From positions 11,346,001 through 11,410,000 of the forward strand of contig OZ024744.1 of NCBI GenBank assembly GCA_964016885.1: a stretch of DNA of 64,000 nucleotides, read 5' to 3'. Shown piece by piece: positions 28,301 through 42,720 of the stretch; the first letter of the stretch is position 1; each line of letters starts with the position of its first letter. The stretch is from Eledone cirrhosa. Its lineage: Eukaryota. The translations under genes were made by a program, and so were the position numbers. The notes beneath the pieces were generated by a model that saw only the letters and a list, made by a program, of their open reading frames with translations, was not told the DNA's origin and did no database searches.

Positions 28301-29335
28301 TGTCATAAGGGCTGTACTCCAATATGGTGTGTTGTTGAACTCCAATATGCTGTGTTGATGTACTCCAATAGGTTGTGTTGTTGTACTCCAATATGCTGTG
28401 TTGGCTGTGCTCCAATACGTTGTGTTGTTGTACTCCAATATGTTGTGCTGCTGTACTCCAATATGTTGTGTTGTTGTACTCCAATATGTTGTGTTGTTGT
28501 ACTCCAATATGTTGTGCTGTTGTACTCCAATCTATATCGCTGTTGTACTCCAATATGTTGTGTTGTTGTACTCCAATATGTTGTGCTGTTGTACTCCAAT
28601 ATGTTGTGCTGTTGTACTCCAATATTTTGTGTTGTTATACTCCAATATATTGTGTTGTTATACTCCAATATGTTGTGTTGTTGTACTCCAAAATATTGTG
28701 TTGTTATACTCCAATATGTTGTGTTGTTATACTCCAATATGTTGTGCTGTTATACTCCAATATGTTGTGTTGTTGTACTCCAATATGTTGTGCTGTTATA
28801 CTCCAATATTTTGTGTTGTTATACTCCAATATGTGGTATTGTTGTACTCCAATATGTTGTGCTGTTGTACTCCAATATGTTGTGTTGTTATACTCCAACA
28901 TGTTGTGTTGTTATACTCCAATATGTTGTGTTGTTATACTCGAATATTTTGTGTTGTTATACTCGAATATCTTGTGTTGTTATACTCGAATATGTTGTGC
29001 TGTTGTACTCCAATATGTCGTGTTGTTGTACTCCAATATATCATGTAGTTGTACTCCAATATTTCGTGTTGTTGTACCCCAATATGTAGTGTTGTTTATA
29101 CTCCAATATGTTTTGCTGTTGTACTCCAATATGATGTGCTGTTGTACTCCAATATGTTGTATTGTTGTTCTCCAATATGTCATGTTATACTCCAATAAGT
29201 TGTGTTCTTGTACTCCAATATGTTGTGTTGTTGTACTCCAATATATCATGTTGTCGTACTCCAATATGTCATGTTATACTCCAATATGTCATTGTTGTAC
29301 TCCAATATGTCGTGTTGTTGTACTCCAATATGTCG
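22340..29335 (+). repeat. Tandem duplication of a ~3.4-3.6 kb block (~22340-25750 and ~25760-29335)
   Basis: ORF offsets are 3425 (22735/26160, 23214/26639), then 3586 (24287/27873, 24789/28375, 25394/28980). Shared rare variants include CCATTACGTCG, GTCTTAATCC and CATAAGGGCTG. Confidence 0.9.
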
Positions 29336-32300
29336 TGCTGTTGTACTCCAATATGCTGTGTTGTTATACTCCAATATGTTGTGTTGTTGTACTCCAATAT
29401 GTTGTGTTGTTATACTCCAATATGTTGTGTTGTTGTACTCCAATATGTCATGTTGTTGTACTCCAATATGTTGCGTTGTTGTACTCCAATATATCATGTT
29501 GTCGTACTCCAATATGTTTTGATGTTGTACTCCAATATGTTGTGTTGTTGTACTCCAATATGTTGTGTAGTCGTACTCCAATATGTTGTGTTGTTGTACT
29601 CCAATATGCTGTGATGTTGTACTCCAATATGATGTGCTGTTGTACTCCAATGCGTTGTGTTGTTGTACTCCAATATGCTGTGTTGTTATACTCCAATATG
29701 TTGTGTTGTTATACTCCAATCTGTTGTGTTGTTATACTCCAATATATTGTGTTGTTATACTCCAATATGTTGTGTTGTTTTACTCCAATATGTTGTGTTG
29801 TTGTACTCCAATATCTTGTATTGTTGTTCTCCAGTATGTCATGTTATACTCCAATAAGTTGTGTTCTTGTACTCCAATATGTTGTGTTGTTGTACTCCAA
29901 TATGTTGTGTTGTTGTACTCCAATATATCATGTTGTCGTACTCCAATATGTCATGTTATACTCCAATGTGTCATTGTTGTACTCCAATATGTCGTGTTGT
30001 TGTACTCCAATATGTCGTGTTGTTGTACTCCAATATGTTGTGTTGTTGTACTCCAATATGTTGTGTTGTTGTACTCCAATATGTTGTGTTGTTATACTCC
30101 AATATGTTATGTTGTTGTACTCCAATATGTCATGTTGTTGTACTCCAATATGTTTTGATGTTGTACTCCAATATGTCGTGTTGTTATACTCCAATATGTT
30201 ATGATGTTGTACTCCAATATATTGTGTTGTTGTACTCCAATATGTTGTGTTGCTGTACTCCAATATGTCGTGTCGTTGTACTCCAATACGTTGTGTTGTT
30301 GTACTCCAATATGTTGTGTTGTTGTACTCCAATATGTTGTTGTACTCCAATATGTCATGTTGTCGTACTCCAATATTCCGTGTTGTTGTACTCCAATATG
30401 TCATGGTGTTGTACTCCAATATGTTGTGTTGTTGTACTCCAATATGTTGTGTTGTTGTACTCCAATATGTTGTGTTGTTGTACTCCAATATGTTGTGTTG
30501 TTGTACTCCAATATGTTGTGTTGTTGTACTCCAATATGTTGTGTTGTTGTACTCCAATATGCCATGTTGTTATACTCCAATATGTGGTGGTGTTGTACTC
30601 CAATATGTCATGTTGTTGTACTCCAATATTTCGTATTGTTGTACTCCAATATGTCATAGGGGTTGTACTCCAATATGCTGTGTTGCTGTACTCCAATAGG
30701 TTGTGTTGTTGTACTCCAATATGTTGTGTTGCTGTACTCCAATATGTTGTGTTGTTGTACTCCAATATGTTGTGTTGTTGTACTCCAATATGTTGTGTTG
30801 TTGTACTCCAATCTATATCGCTGTTGTACTCCAATATGTTGTGTTGTTGTACTCCAATATGTTGTGCTGTTGTACTCCAATATGTTGTGCTGTTGTACTC
30901 CAATATTTTGTGCTGTTATACTCCAATATATTGTGTTGTTATACTCCAATATGTTGTGTTGTTGTACTCCAAAATATTGTGTTGTTATACTCCAATATGT
31001 TGTGTTGTTATACTCCAATAAGTTGTGCTGTTATACTCCAATATGTTGTGTTGTTGTACTCCAATATGTTGTGCTGTTATACTCCAATATTTTGTGTTGT
31101 TATACTCCAATATGTGGTATTGTTGTACTCCAATATGTTGTGCTGTTGTACTCCAATATGTTGTGTTGTTATACTCCAACATGTTGTGTTGTTATACTCC
31201 AATATGTTGTGTTGTTATACTCGAATATGTTGTGTTGTTATACTCGAATATCTTGTGTTGTTATACTCGAATATGTTGTGCTGTTGTACTCCAATATGTC
31301 GTGTTGTTGTACTCCAATATATCATGTAGTTGTACTCCAATATTTCGTGTTGTTGTACCCCAATATGTAGTGTTGTTTATACTCCAATATGTTTTGCTGT
31401 TGTACTCCAATATGTTGTGTTGCTGTACTCCTATATGTTGTGTTGTTATTCTCCAATATGTTGTGCTGTTGTACTCCAATGTGTTGTGTTGTTATACTCC
31501 AATATGTTGTGTTGATTTACTCCAATATGTTGTGTTGTTGTACTCCAATCTGTTGTGTTGTTATACTCCAATGTGTTGTGTTGTTATACTCCAATATGTT
31601 GTGTTGTTGTAGTCCAATATGTTGTGTTGTCGTACTCCAATATGTTGTGTTGTTATACTCCAATATTTCGTGTGGTTGTACTCCAATATGTCATGGTGTT
31701 GTACTTCAATATGTCGTGTTGTTGTACTCCAATATGTTGTCTTGCTGTACTCCAATATGTTGTGTTGTTGTACTCCAATATCTTGTGTTCTTATACTCCA
31801 ATATGTTGTGTTGTTATACTCCAATATGTTGTGTTGTTGTACTCCAATATGTTGTGCTGTTTTACTCCAATATGTTGTGTTGTTGTACTCCAATATGTTG
31901 TATTGTTTTTCTCCAATATGTCATGTTATACTCCAATAAGTTGTGTTCTTGTACTCCAATATGTTGTGTAGTTGTACTCCAATATATCATGTTGTCGTAC
32001 TCCAATATGCCATGTTATACTCCAATATGTCATTGTTGTACTCCAATATGTCGTGTTGTTGTACTCCAATATGTCGTGTTGTTGTACTCCAATATGTTGT
32101 GTTGTTGTACTCCAATATGTTGTGTTGTTGTACTCCAATATGTTGTGTTGTTATACTCCAATATGTTATGTTGTCGTACTCCAATATGTCATGTTATACT
32201 CCAATATGTTTTGATGCTGTACTCCAATATGTTGTGTTGTTGTACTACAATATGTTGTGTTGTTGTACTCCAATATGTTGTGTTGTTATACTCCAATATG

Positions 32301-35300
32301 TTGTGCTGTTGTACTCCAATATGTTGTGTTGTTATACTCCAATATGTAGTGTTGTTATACTCCAATATGTTGTGTTGTTGTACTCCAATCTGTTGTGTTG
32401 TTATACTCCAATATATTGTGTTGTTATACTCCAATATGTTGTGTTGTTTTACTCCAATATGTTGTGTTGTTGTACTCCAATATGTTGTATTGTTGTTCTC
32501 CAATATGTCATGTTATGCTCCAATAAGTTGTGTTCTTGTACTCCAATATGTTGTGTTGTTGTACTCCAATATGTTGTGTTGTTGTACTCCAATATGTCAT
32601 GTTATACTCCAATATGTCGTTGTTATACTCCAATATGTCATGATGTTGTACTCCAATATGTCGTGTTCTTGTACTCCAATATGTCGTGTTGTCGTACTCC
32701 AATATGTTGTGTTGTTGTACTCCAATATGTTGTGCTGTTGTACTCCAATATGTTTGTTGTTGTACTCCAATACGTTGTGTTGTTATACTCCAATATGTTG
32801 TGTTGTTGTACTCCAATATTTCGTGTTGTTGTACTCCAATACGTCGTGTTGTACTCCAATATGTTGTGTTGTTATACTCCAATATGTTATGTTGTTGTAC
32901 TCCAATGTGTCTTGTTGTTGTACTCCAATATGTTTTGATGTTGTACTCCAATATGTTGTGTTGTTGTACTCCAATATGTTTTGATGTTGTACTCCAATAT
33001 GTTGTGTTGTTGTACTCCAATATGTTGTGTAGTCGTATTCCAATATGTTGTGTTGTTGTACTCTAACATGTTTTGTTGTTATTCTCCAATATGTTGTGAT
33101 GTTGTACTCCAATGTGTTGTGTTGTTGTACTCCAATGTGATGTGTTGTTGTACTCCAATATGTTGTGCTGTTGTACTCCAATATTTTTTGTTTTTTGTAC
33201 TCCAAAATGTTGTGTTGTTATACTCCAATATGTTGTGTTGTTATACTCCAATATGGTGTGTTGTTGTACTCCAATATGTTGTATTGTTTTCTCCAATATG
33301 TCATGTTATACTCCAATATGGTGTGTTCGTGTACTCCAATATGTTGTGTTATTGTACTCCAATATGTTGCGTTGTTGTACTCCAATATGTTGTGTTGTTA
33401 TACTCCAATATGTCGTGTGGCTGTACTCCAATATGTCATGTTGTTGTACTCCAATATGTCTTGTTATAGTCCAATATGTCGTGTTGTTGTACTCCAATAT
33501 ATCATGTAGTTGTACTCCAATATTTCGTGTTGTTGTACCCCAATATGTAGTGGTGTTTATACTCCAATATATTTTGCTGTTGTACTCCAATATGTTGTGT
33601 TGCTGTACTCCTATATGTTGTGTTGTTATTCTCCAATATGTTGTGCTGTTGTACTCCAATGTGTTGTGTTGTTATACTCCAATGTGTTGTGTTGTTATAC
33701 TCCAATATGTTGTGTTGTTGTAGTCCAATATGTTGTGTTGTCGTACTCCAATATGTTGTGTTGTTATACTCCAATATTTCGTGTGGTTGTACTCCAGTAT
33801 GTCATGGTGTTGTACTTCAATATGTCGTGTTGTTGTACTCCAATATGTTGTCTTGTTGTACTCCAATCTGTTGTATTGTTGTACTTCAATATGTTCTGTT
33901 GTTGTACTCCAATATATTGTGTTGTTGTACTCCAATATGTTGTGTTATTGTACTCCAATATGCTGTGTTGTTGTACTCCAATATGTTGTGTTGTTGTACT
34001 CCAATATGTTGTGTTGTTGTACTCCAATATGTTGTGTTCTTATACTCCAATATGTTGTGTTGTTATACTCCAATATGTTGTGTTGTTGTACTCCAATATG
34101 TTGTGATGTTGTACTCCAATATGATGTGCTGTTATACTCCAATATGTTGTGTTGTTGTACTCCAATGTGTTGTGTTGTTGTACTCCAATATGTTGTGCCG
34201 TTGTACTCCAATATTTTTTTGTTTTTGTACTCCAAAATGTTGTGTTGTTATACTCCAATATGTTGTGTTGGTGTACTCCAATATGGTGTGCTGTTGTACT
34301 CCAAATCTCGTGTTGTTATACTCCAATGTGTTGTGTTGTTATACTCCAATATGGTGTGTTGTTGAACTCCAATATGTTGTATTGTTTTTCTCCAATATGT
34401 CATGTTATACTCCAATATGTCGTGTTGCTGTACTCCAATATGTCATGCTGTTGTACTCCAATATGTTTTGCTGTTGTACTCCACCGTGTTGTGTTGTTGA
34501 ACTCCAATACGTTGTGTTGTTGTTCTCCAATATTTTGTGCTGTTGTACTCCAATTTGTGTTGTTGTACTCCAATATGTTGTGTTGTTGTACTCCAATATG
34601 TTGTGTTGTTGTACTCCAATATGTTGTGTTGTTATACTCCAATATGTTGTGCTGTTGTACTCCAATATTTCGTGTTGTTGTACTCCAATACGTCGTGTTG
34701 TTGTACTCCAATATGTTTTGATGTTGTACTCAAATATGTTGTGTTGTTGTACTCCAATATGTTTTGATGTTGTACTCCAATATGTTGTGTTGTTGTACTC
34801 CAATATGATGTGATGTTGTACTCCAATATGATGTGGTGTTGTACTCCAATGCGTTGTGTTGTTGTACTCCAATGTGATGTGTTGTTGTACTCCAATATGT
34901 TGTGCCATTGTACTCCAATATTTTTTATATTTGTACTCCAATATGTTGTGTTGTTATACTCCAATATGTTGTGCTGTTGTACTCCAAATCTCGTGTTGTT
35001 ATACTCCAATGTGTTGTGTTGTTATACTCCAATATGGTGTGTTGTTGTAGTCCAATATGTTGTATTGTTTTTTTCCAATATGTCATGTTATACTCCAATA
35101 TGTTGTGTTCGTGTACTCCAATATGTTGTGTTATTGTACTCCAATATGTTGCGTTGTTGTACTCCAATATGTTGTGTTGTTATACTCCAATATGTTGTGT
35201 TGTTGTACTGCAATATGTTGTCTTGTTGTACTCCAAAAGGCCATGTTATCGTACTCCAATATGTCTTGTTATACTCCAATATGTCGTGTGGCTGTACTCC

Positions 35301-38300
35301 AATATGTCATGTTGTTGTACTCCAATATGTCTTGTTATAGTCCAATATGTCGTGTTGTTGTACTCCAATATGTCATGTAGTTGTATTCCAATATTTCGTG
35401 TTGTTGTACCCCAATATGTCGTGTTGTTTATACTCCAATATGTTTTGCTGTTGTACTCCAATATGTTGTGTTGCTGTATTCCAATATGTTGTGTTGTTAT
35501 TCTCCAATATGTTGTGCTGTTGTACTCCAATGTGTTATGTTGTTATACTCCAATATGTTGTGCTGTGCTACTCCAATATATTGTGTTGTTGTACTCCAAT
35601 GTGTTGTGTTGTTATACTCCAATATGTTGTGTTGATTTACTCCAATATGTTGTGTTGTTGTACTCCAATGTGATGTGTTGCTGTACTCCAATATGTTGTG
35701 CTGTTGTACTCCAATATTTTTTGTTTTTTGTACTCCAATATGTTGTGTTGTTATACTCCAATATGTTGTGTTGTTATACTCCAATATGGTGTGTTGTTGT
35801 ACTCCAATATGTTGTATTGTTTTCTCCAATATGTCATGTTATACTCCAATATGGTGTGTTCGTGTACTCCAATATGTTGTGTTATTGTACTCCAATATGT
35901 TGCGTTGTTGTACTCCAATATGTTGTGTTGTTATACTCCAATATGTCGTGTGGCTGTACTCCAATATGTCATGTTGTTGTACTCCAATATGTCTTGTTAT
36001 AGTCCAATATGTCGTGTTGTTGTACTCCAATATATCATGTAGTTGTACTCCAATATTTCGTGTTGTTGTACCCCAATATGTAGTGTTGTTTATACTCCAA
36101 TATGTTTTGCTGTTGTACTCCAATATGTTGTGTTGTTGTACTCCAATCTGTTTTGTTGTTATACTCCAATATGTTGTGTTGTTATACTCCAATATGTTGT
36201 GTTGTTTTACTCCAATATGTTGTGTTGTTGTACTCCAATATGTTGTGTTGTTGTACTCCAATATGTTGTGTTGTTGTAATCCAATATCTTGTGTTGTTAT
36301 ACTCCAATATGTTGTGTTGTTGTACTCCAATATGTTGTGTTGTTGTACTCCAATGTGTTATGTTGTTATACTCCAATATGTTGTGCTGTGCTACTCCAAT
36401 ATAGTGTGTTGTTGTACTCCAATGTGTTGTGTTGTTATACTCCAATATGTTGTGTTGATTTACTCCAATATGTTGTGTTGTTGTACTCCAATCTGTTGTG
36501 TTGTTATACTCCAATATGTTGTGTTGTTATACTCCAATATGTTGTGTTGTTTTACTCCAATATGTTGTGTTGTTGTACTCCAATATGTCATGTTGCTGTA
36601 CTCCAACATGTCGTGTTGTAGTACTCCAATATGTTTTGATGTTGTACTCCAATATGTTGTGTTGTTGTACTCCAATATGTTGTGTTGTTGTACTCCAATA
36701 TGTTGTGTTGTTGTACTCCAATATGTTGTGTTGTTATACTCCAATATGTTGTGCTGTTGTACTCCAATATGTCATGTTGTTGTACTCCAATATTTCGTGT
36801 TGTTCTACTCCAATATTTCGTGTTGTTGTACTCCAATATGTCGTGGTGTTGTACTCCAATATGTTTTGATGTTGTACTCCAATATGTCGTGTTGTTGTAC
36901 TCCAATATGTTGTGTTGTTGTACTCCAATATGCTGTGTTGTTATACTCCTATATGTTGTGCTGTTGTACTTCAATATGTTGTGTTCTACTCCAATATGTT
37001 GTGTTGTTATACTCCAATATGTTGTGTTGTTGTACTCCAATATGTTGTGTTGTTGTACTCCAATATGTGATGTTGTTGTACTCCAATATGTCGTATTGTT
37101 GTACTCCAATATATTGTGTTGTTATACTCCAATATTTCGTGTTGTTTTAGTCCAATATGTCATGTTGTTTTACTCCAATATTTCGTGTTGTTGTACTCCA
37201 ATATGTCATGGTGTTGTACTTCAATATGTCGTATTGTTGTACTCCAATATGTTGTGTTGTTGTTCTCCAATATGTCGTGTTGTTATACTCCAATATGTTA
37301 TGATGTTGTACTCCAATATATTGTGTTGTTGTACTCCAATATGTTGTGTTGCTATACTCCAATATGTTGTGTCGTTGTACTCCAATATGTTGTGTTGTTG
37401 TACTCCAATATGTTGTGTTGTTGTACTCCAATATGTTGTTGTACTCCAATATGCCATGTTGTTATACTCCAATATGTCGTGGTGTTGTACTCCAATATGT
37501 CATGTTGTTGTACTCCAATATTTCGTGTTGTTGTACTCCAATATGTCATAAGGGTTGTACTCCAATATGGTGTGTTGTTGTACTCCAATATGCTGTGTTG
37601 CTGTACTCCAATAGGTTGTGTTGTTGTACTCCAATATGCTGTGTTGGCTGTGCTCCAATACGTTGTGTTGTTGTACTCCAATATGTTGTGCTGCTGTACT
37701 CCAATATGTTGTGTTGTTGTACTCCAATATGTTGTGTTGTTGTACTCCAATATGTTGTGTTGTTGTACTCCAATCTATATCGCTGTTGTACTCCAATATG
37801 TTGTGTTGTTGTACTCCAATATGTTGTGCTGTTGTACTCCAATATGTTGTGCTGTTGTACTCCAATATTTTGTGTTGTTATACTCCAATATATTGTGTTG
37901 TTATACTCCAATATGTTGTGTTGTTGTACTCCAAAATATTGTGTTGTTATACTCCAATATGTTGTGTTGTTATACTCCAATATGTTGTGCTGTTATACTC
38001 CAATATGTTGTGTTGTTGTACTCCAATATGTTGTTTTGTTTTCTCCAATATGTCATGTTATACTCCAATAAGTTGTGTTCTTGTACTCCAATATGTTGTG
38101 TTGTTGTACTCCAATATATCATGTTGTCGTACTCCAATATGTCATGTTATACTCCAATATGTCATTGTTGTACTCCAATATGTCGTGTTGTTGTACTCCA
38201 ATATGTCGTGCTGTTGTACTCCAATATGCTGTGTTGTTATACTCCAATATGTTGTGTTGTTGTACTCCAATATGTTGTGTTGTTATACTCCAATATGTTG

Positions 38301-41300
38301 TGTTGTTGTACTCCAATATGTCATGTTGTTATACTCCAATATGTTGCGTTGTTGTACTCCAATATATCATGTTGTCGTACTCCAATATGTTTTGATGTTG
38401 TACTCCAATATGTTGTGTTGTTGTACTCCAATATGTTGTGTAGTCGTACTCCAATATGTTGTGTTGTTGTACTCCAATATGCTGTGATGTTGTACTCCAA
38501 TATGATGTGCTGTTGTACTCCAATGCGTTGTGTTGTTGTACTCCAATATGCTGTGTTGTTATACTCCAATATGTTGTGTTGTTATACTCCAATCTGTTGT
38601 GTTGTTATACTCCAATATATTGTGTTGTTATACTCCAATATGTTGTGTTGTTTTACTCCAATATGTTGTGTTGTTGTACTCCAATATCTTGTATTGTTGT
38701 TCTCCAATATGTCATGTTATACTCCAATAAGTTGTGTTCTTGTACTCCAATATGTTGTGTTGTTGTACTCCAATATGTTGTGTTGTTGTACTCCAATATA
38801 TCATGTTGTCGTACTCCAATATGTCATGTTATACTCCAATGTGTCATTGTTGTACTCCAATATGTCGTGTTGTTGTACTCCAATATGTCGTGTTGTTGTA
38901 CTCCAATATGTTGTGTTGTTGTACTCCAATATGTTGTGTTGTTGTACTCCAATATGTTGTGTTGTTATACTCCAATATGTTATGTTGTTGTACTCCAATA
39001 TGTCATGTTGTTGTACTCCAATATGTTTTGATGTTGTACTCCAATATGTCGTGTTGTTATACTCCAATATGTTATGATGTTGTACTCCAATATATTGTGT
39101 TGTTGTACTCCAATATGTTGTGTTGCTGTACTCCAATATGTTGTGTCGTTGTACTCCAATACGTTGTGTTGTTGTACTCCAATATGTTGTGTTGTTGTAC
39201 TCCAATATGTTGTTATACTCTAATATGTCATGTTGTCGTACTCCAATATTTCGTGTTGTTGTACTCCAATATGTCATGGTGTTGTACTCCAATATGTTGT
39301 GTTGTTGTACTCCAATATGTTGTGTTGTTGTACTCCAATATGTTGTGTTGTTGTACTCCAATATGTTGTGTTGTTGTACTCCAATATGTTGTGTTGTTGT
39401 ACTCCAATATGTTGTGTTGTTGTACTCCAATATGCCATGTTGTTATACTCCAATATGTGGTGGTGTTGTACTCCAATATGTCATGTTGTTGTACTCCAAT
39501 ATTTCGTGTTGTTGTACTCCAATATGTCATAGGGGTTGTACTCCAATATGCTGTGTTGCTGTACTCCAATAGGTTGTGTTGTTGTACTCCAATATGTTGT
39601 GCTGCTGTACTCCAATATGTTGTGTTGTTGTACTCCAATATGTTGTGTTGTTGTACTCCAATATGTTGTGTTGTTGTACTCCAATCTATATCGCTGTTGT
39701 ACTCCAATATGTTGTGTTGTTGTACTCCAATATGTTGTGCTGTTGTACTCCAATATGTTGTGCTGTTGTACTCCAATATTTTGTGCTGTTATACTCCAAT
39801 ATATTGTGTTGTTATACTCCAATATGTTGTGTTGTTGTACTCCAAAATATTGTGTTGTTATACTCCAATATGTTGTGTTGTTATACTCCAATAAGTTGTG
39901 CTGTTATACTCCAATATGTTGTGTTGTTGTACTCCAATATGTTGTGCTGTTATACTCCAATATTTTGTGTTGTTATACTCCAATATGTGGTATTTTTGTA
40001 CTCCAATATGTTGTGCTGTTGTACTCCAATATGTTGTGTTGTTATACTCCAACATGTTGTGTTGTTATACTCCAATATGTTGTGTTGTTATACTCGAATA
40101 TGTTGTGTTGTTATACTCGAATATCTTGTGTTGTTATACTCGAATATGTTGTGCTGTTGTACTCCAATATGTCGTGTTGTTGTACTCCAATATATCATGT
40201 AGTTGTACTCCAATATTTCGTGTTGTTGTACCCCAATATGTAGTGTTGTTTATACTCCAATATGTTTTGCTGTTGTACTCCAATATGTTGTGTTGCTGTA
40301 CTCCTATATGTTGTGTTGTTATTCTCCAATATGTTGTGCTGTTGTACTCCAATGTGTTGTGTTGTTATACTCCAATATGTTGTGTTGATTTACTCCAATA
40401 TGTTGTGTTGTTGTACTCCAATATGCTGTGTTGTTATACTCCAATGTGTTGTGTTGTTATACTCCAATATGTTGTGTTGTTGTAGTCCAATATGTTGTGT
40501 TGTCGTACTCCAATATGTTGTGTTGTTATACTCCAATATTTCGTGTGGTTGTACTCCAATATGTCATGGTGTTGTACTTCAATATGTCGTGTTGTTGTAC
40601 TCCAATATGTTGTCTTGCTGTACTCCAATATGTTGTGTTGTTGTACTCCAATATCTTGTGTTCTTATACTCCAATATGTTATGTTGTTATACTCCAATAT
40701 GTTGTGTTGTTGTACTCCAATATGTTGTGCTGTTTTACTCCAATATGTTGTGTTGTTGTACTCCAATATGTTGTATTGTTTTTCTCCAATATGTCATGTT
40801 ATACTCCAATAAGTTGTGTTCTTGTACTCCAATATGTTGTGTAGTTGTACTCCAATATATCATGTTGTCGTACTCCAATATGTCATGTTATACTCCAATA
40901 TGTCATTGTTGTACTCCAATATGTCGTGTTGTTGTACTCCAATATGTCGTGTTGTTGTACTCCAATATGTTGTGTTGTTGTACTCCAATATGTTGTGTTG
41001 TTGTACTCCAATATGTTGTGTTGTTATACTCCAATATGTTATGTTGTTGTACTCCAATATGTCATGTTGTTGTACTCCAATATGTTTTGATGTTGTACTC
41101 CAATATGTTGTGTTGTTGTACTCCAATATGTTTTGATGTTGTAGTCCAATATGTTGTGTTGTTGTACTCCAATATGTTGTGTAGTCGTACTCCAATATGT
41201 TGTGTTGTTGTACTCCAATATGCTGTGATGTTGTACTCCAATATGACGTGCTGTTGTACTCCAATGCGTTGTGTTGTTGTACTCCAATATGCTGTGTTGT

Positions 41301-42720
41301 TATACTCCAATATGTTGTGTTGTTGTACTCCAATATGTTGTGTTGTTGTACTCCAATATGTTGTGTTGTTGTAATCCAATATCTTGTGTAGTTATACTCC
41401 AATATGTTGTGCTGTTGTACTCCAATATGTTGAGTTGTTATACTCCAATATGTAGTGTTGTTATACTCCAATATGTTGTGTTGTTGTACTCCAATCTGTT
41501 GCGTTATACTCCAATATGTTGTGTTGTTATACTCCAATATGTTGTGTTGTTATACTCCAATATGTTGTGTTGTTTTACTCCAATATGTTGTATTGTTGAT
41601 CTCCAATATGTCATATTATACTCCAATAAGTTGTGTTCTTGTACTCCAATATGTGTTGTTGTTGTACTCCAATATGTTGCGTTGTTGTACTCCAATATAT
41701 CATGTTGTCGTACTCCAATATGTCATGTTATACTCCAATATGTTTTGATGCCGTACTCCAATATGTTGTGTTGTTGTACTACAATATGTTGTGTTGTTGT
41801 ACTCCAATATGTTGTGTTGTTATACTCCAATATGTTGTGCTGTTGTACTCCAATATGTTGTGTTGTTATACTCCAATATGTAGTGTTGTTATACTCCAAT
41901 ATGTTGTGTTGTTGTACTCCAATCTGTTGTGTTGTTATACTCCAATATATTGTGTTGTTATACTCCAATATGTTGTGTTGTTTTACTCCAATATGTTGTG
42001 TTGTTGTACTCCAATATGTTGTATTGTTGTTCTCCAATATGTCATGTTATACTCCAATAAGTTGTGTTCTTGTACTCCAATATGTTGTGTTGTTGTACTC
42101 CAATATGTTGTGTTGTTGTACTCCAATATATCATGTTGTCGTACTCCAATATGTCATGTTATACTCCAATATGTCGTTGTTATACTCCAATATGTCATGA
42201 TGTTGTACTCCAATATGTCGTGTTCTTGTACTCCAATATGTCGTGTTGTCGTACTCCAATATGTTGTGTTGTTGTACTCCAATATGTTGTGCTGTTGTAC
42301 TCCAATATGTTTGTTGTTGTACTCCAATATGTTGTGTTGTTATACTCCAATATGTTGTGTTGTTGTACTCCAATATTTCGTGTTGTTGTACTCCAATACG
42401 TCGTGTTGTATTCCAATATGTTGTGTTGTTATACTCCAATATGTTATGTTGTTGTACTCCAATGTGTCTTGTTGTTGTACTCCAATATGTTTTGATGTTG
42501 TACTCCAATATGTTGTGTTGTTGTACTCCAATATGTTTTGATGTTGTACTCCAATATGTTGTGTTGTTGTACTCCAATATGTTGTGTAGTCGTATTCCAA
42601 TATGTTGTGTTGTTGTACTCTAACATGTTTTGTTGTTATTCTCCAATATGTTGTGATGTTGTACTCCAATGTGTTGTGTTGTTGTACTCCAATGTGATGT
42701 GTTGTTGTACTCCAATATGT
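26900..42720 (+). repeat. ~9 kb-period duplication (~26900-33160 repeated at ~36120-42720)
   Basis: ORF offsets are 9220 (26962/36182), 9243 (27873/37116), 8873 (29202/38075, 29861/38734, 31389/40262) and 9557 (32638/42195, 32981/42538). Confidence 0.85.
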
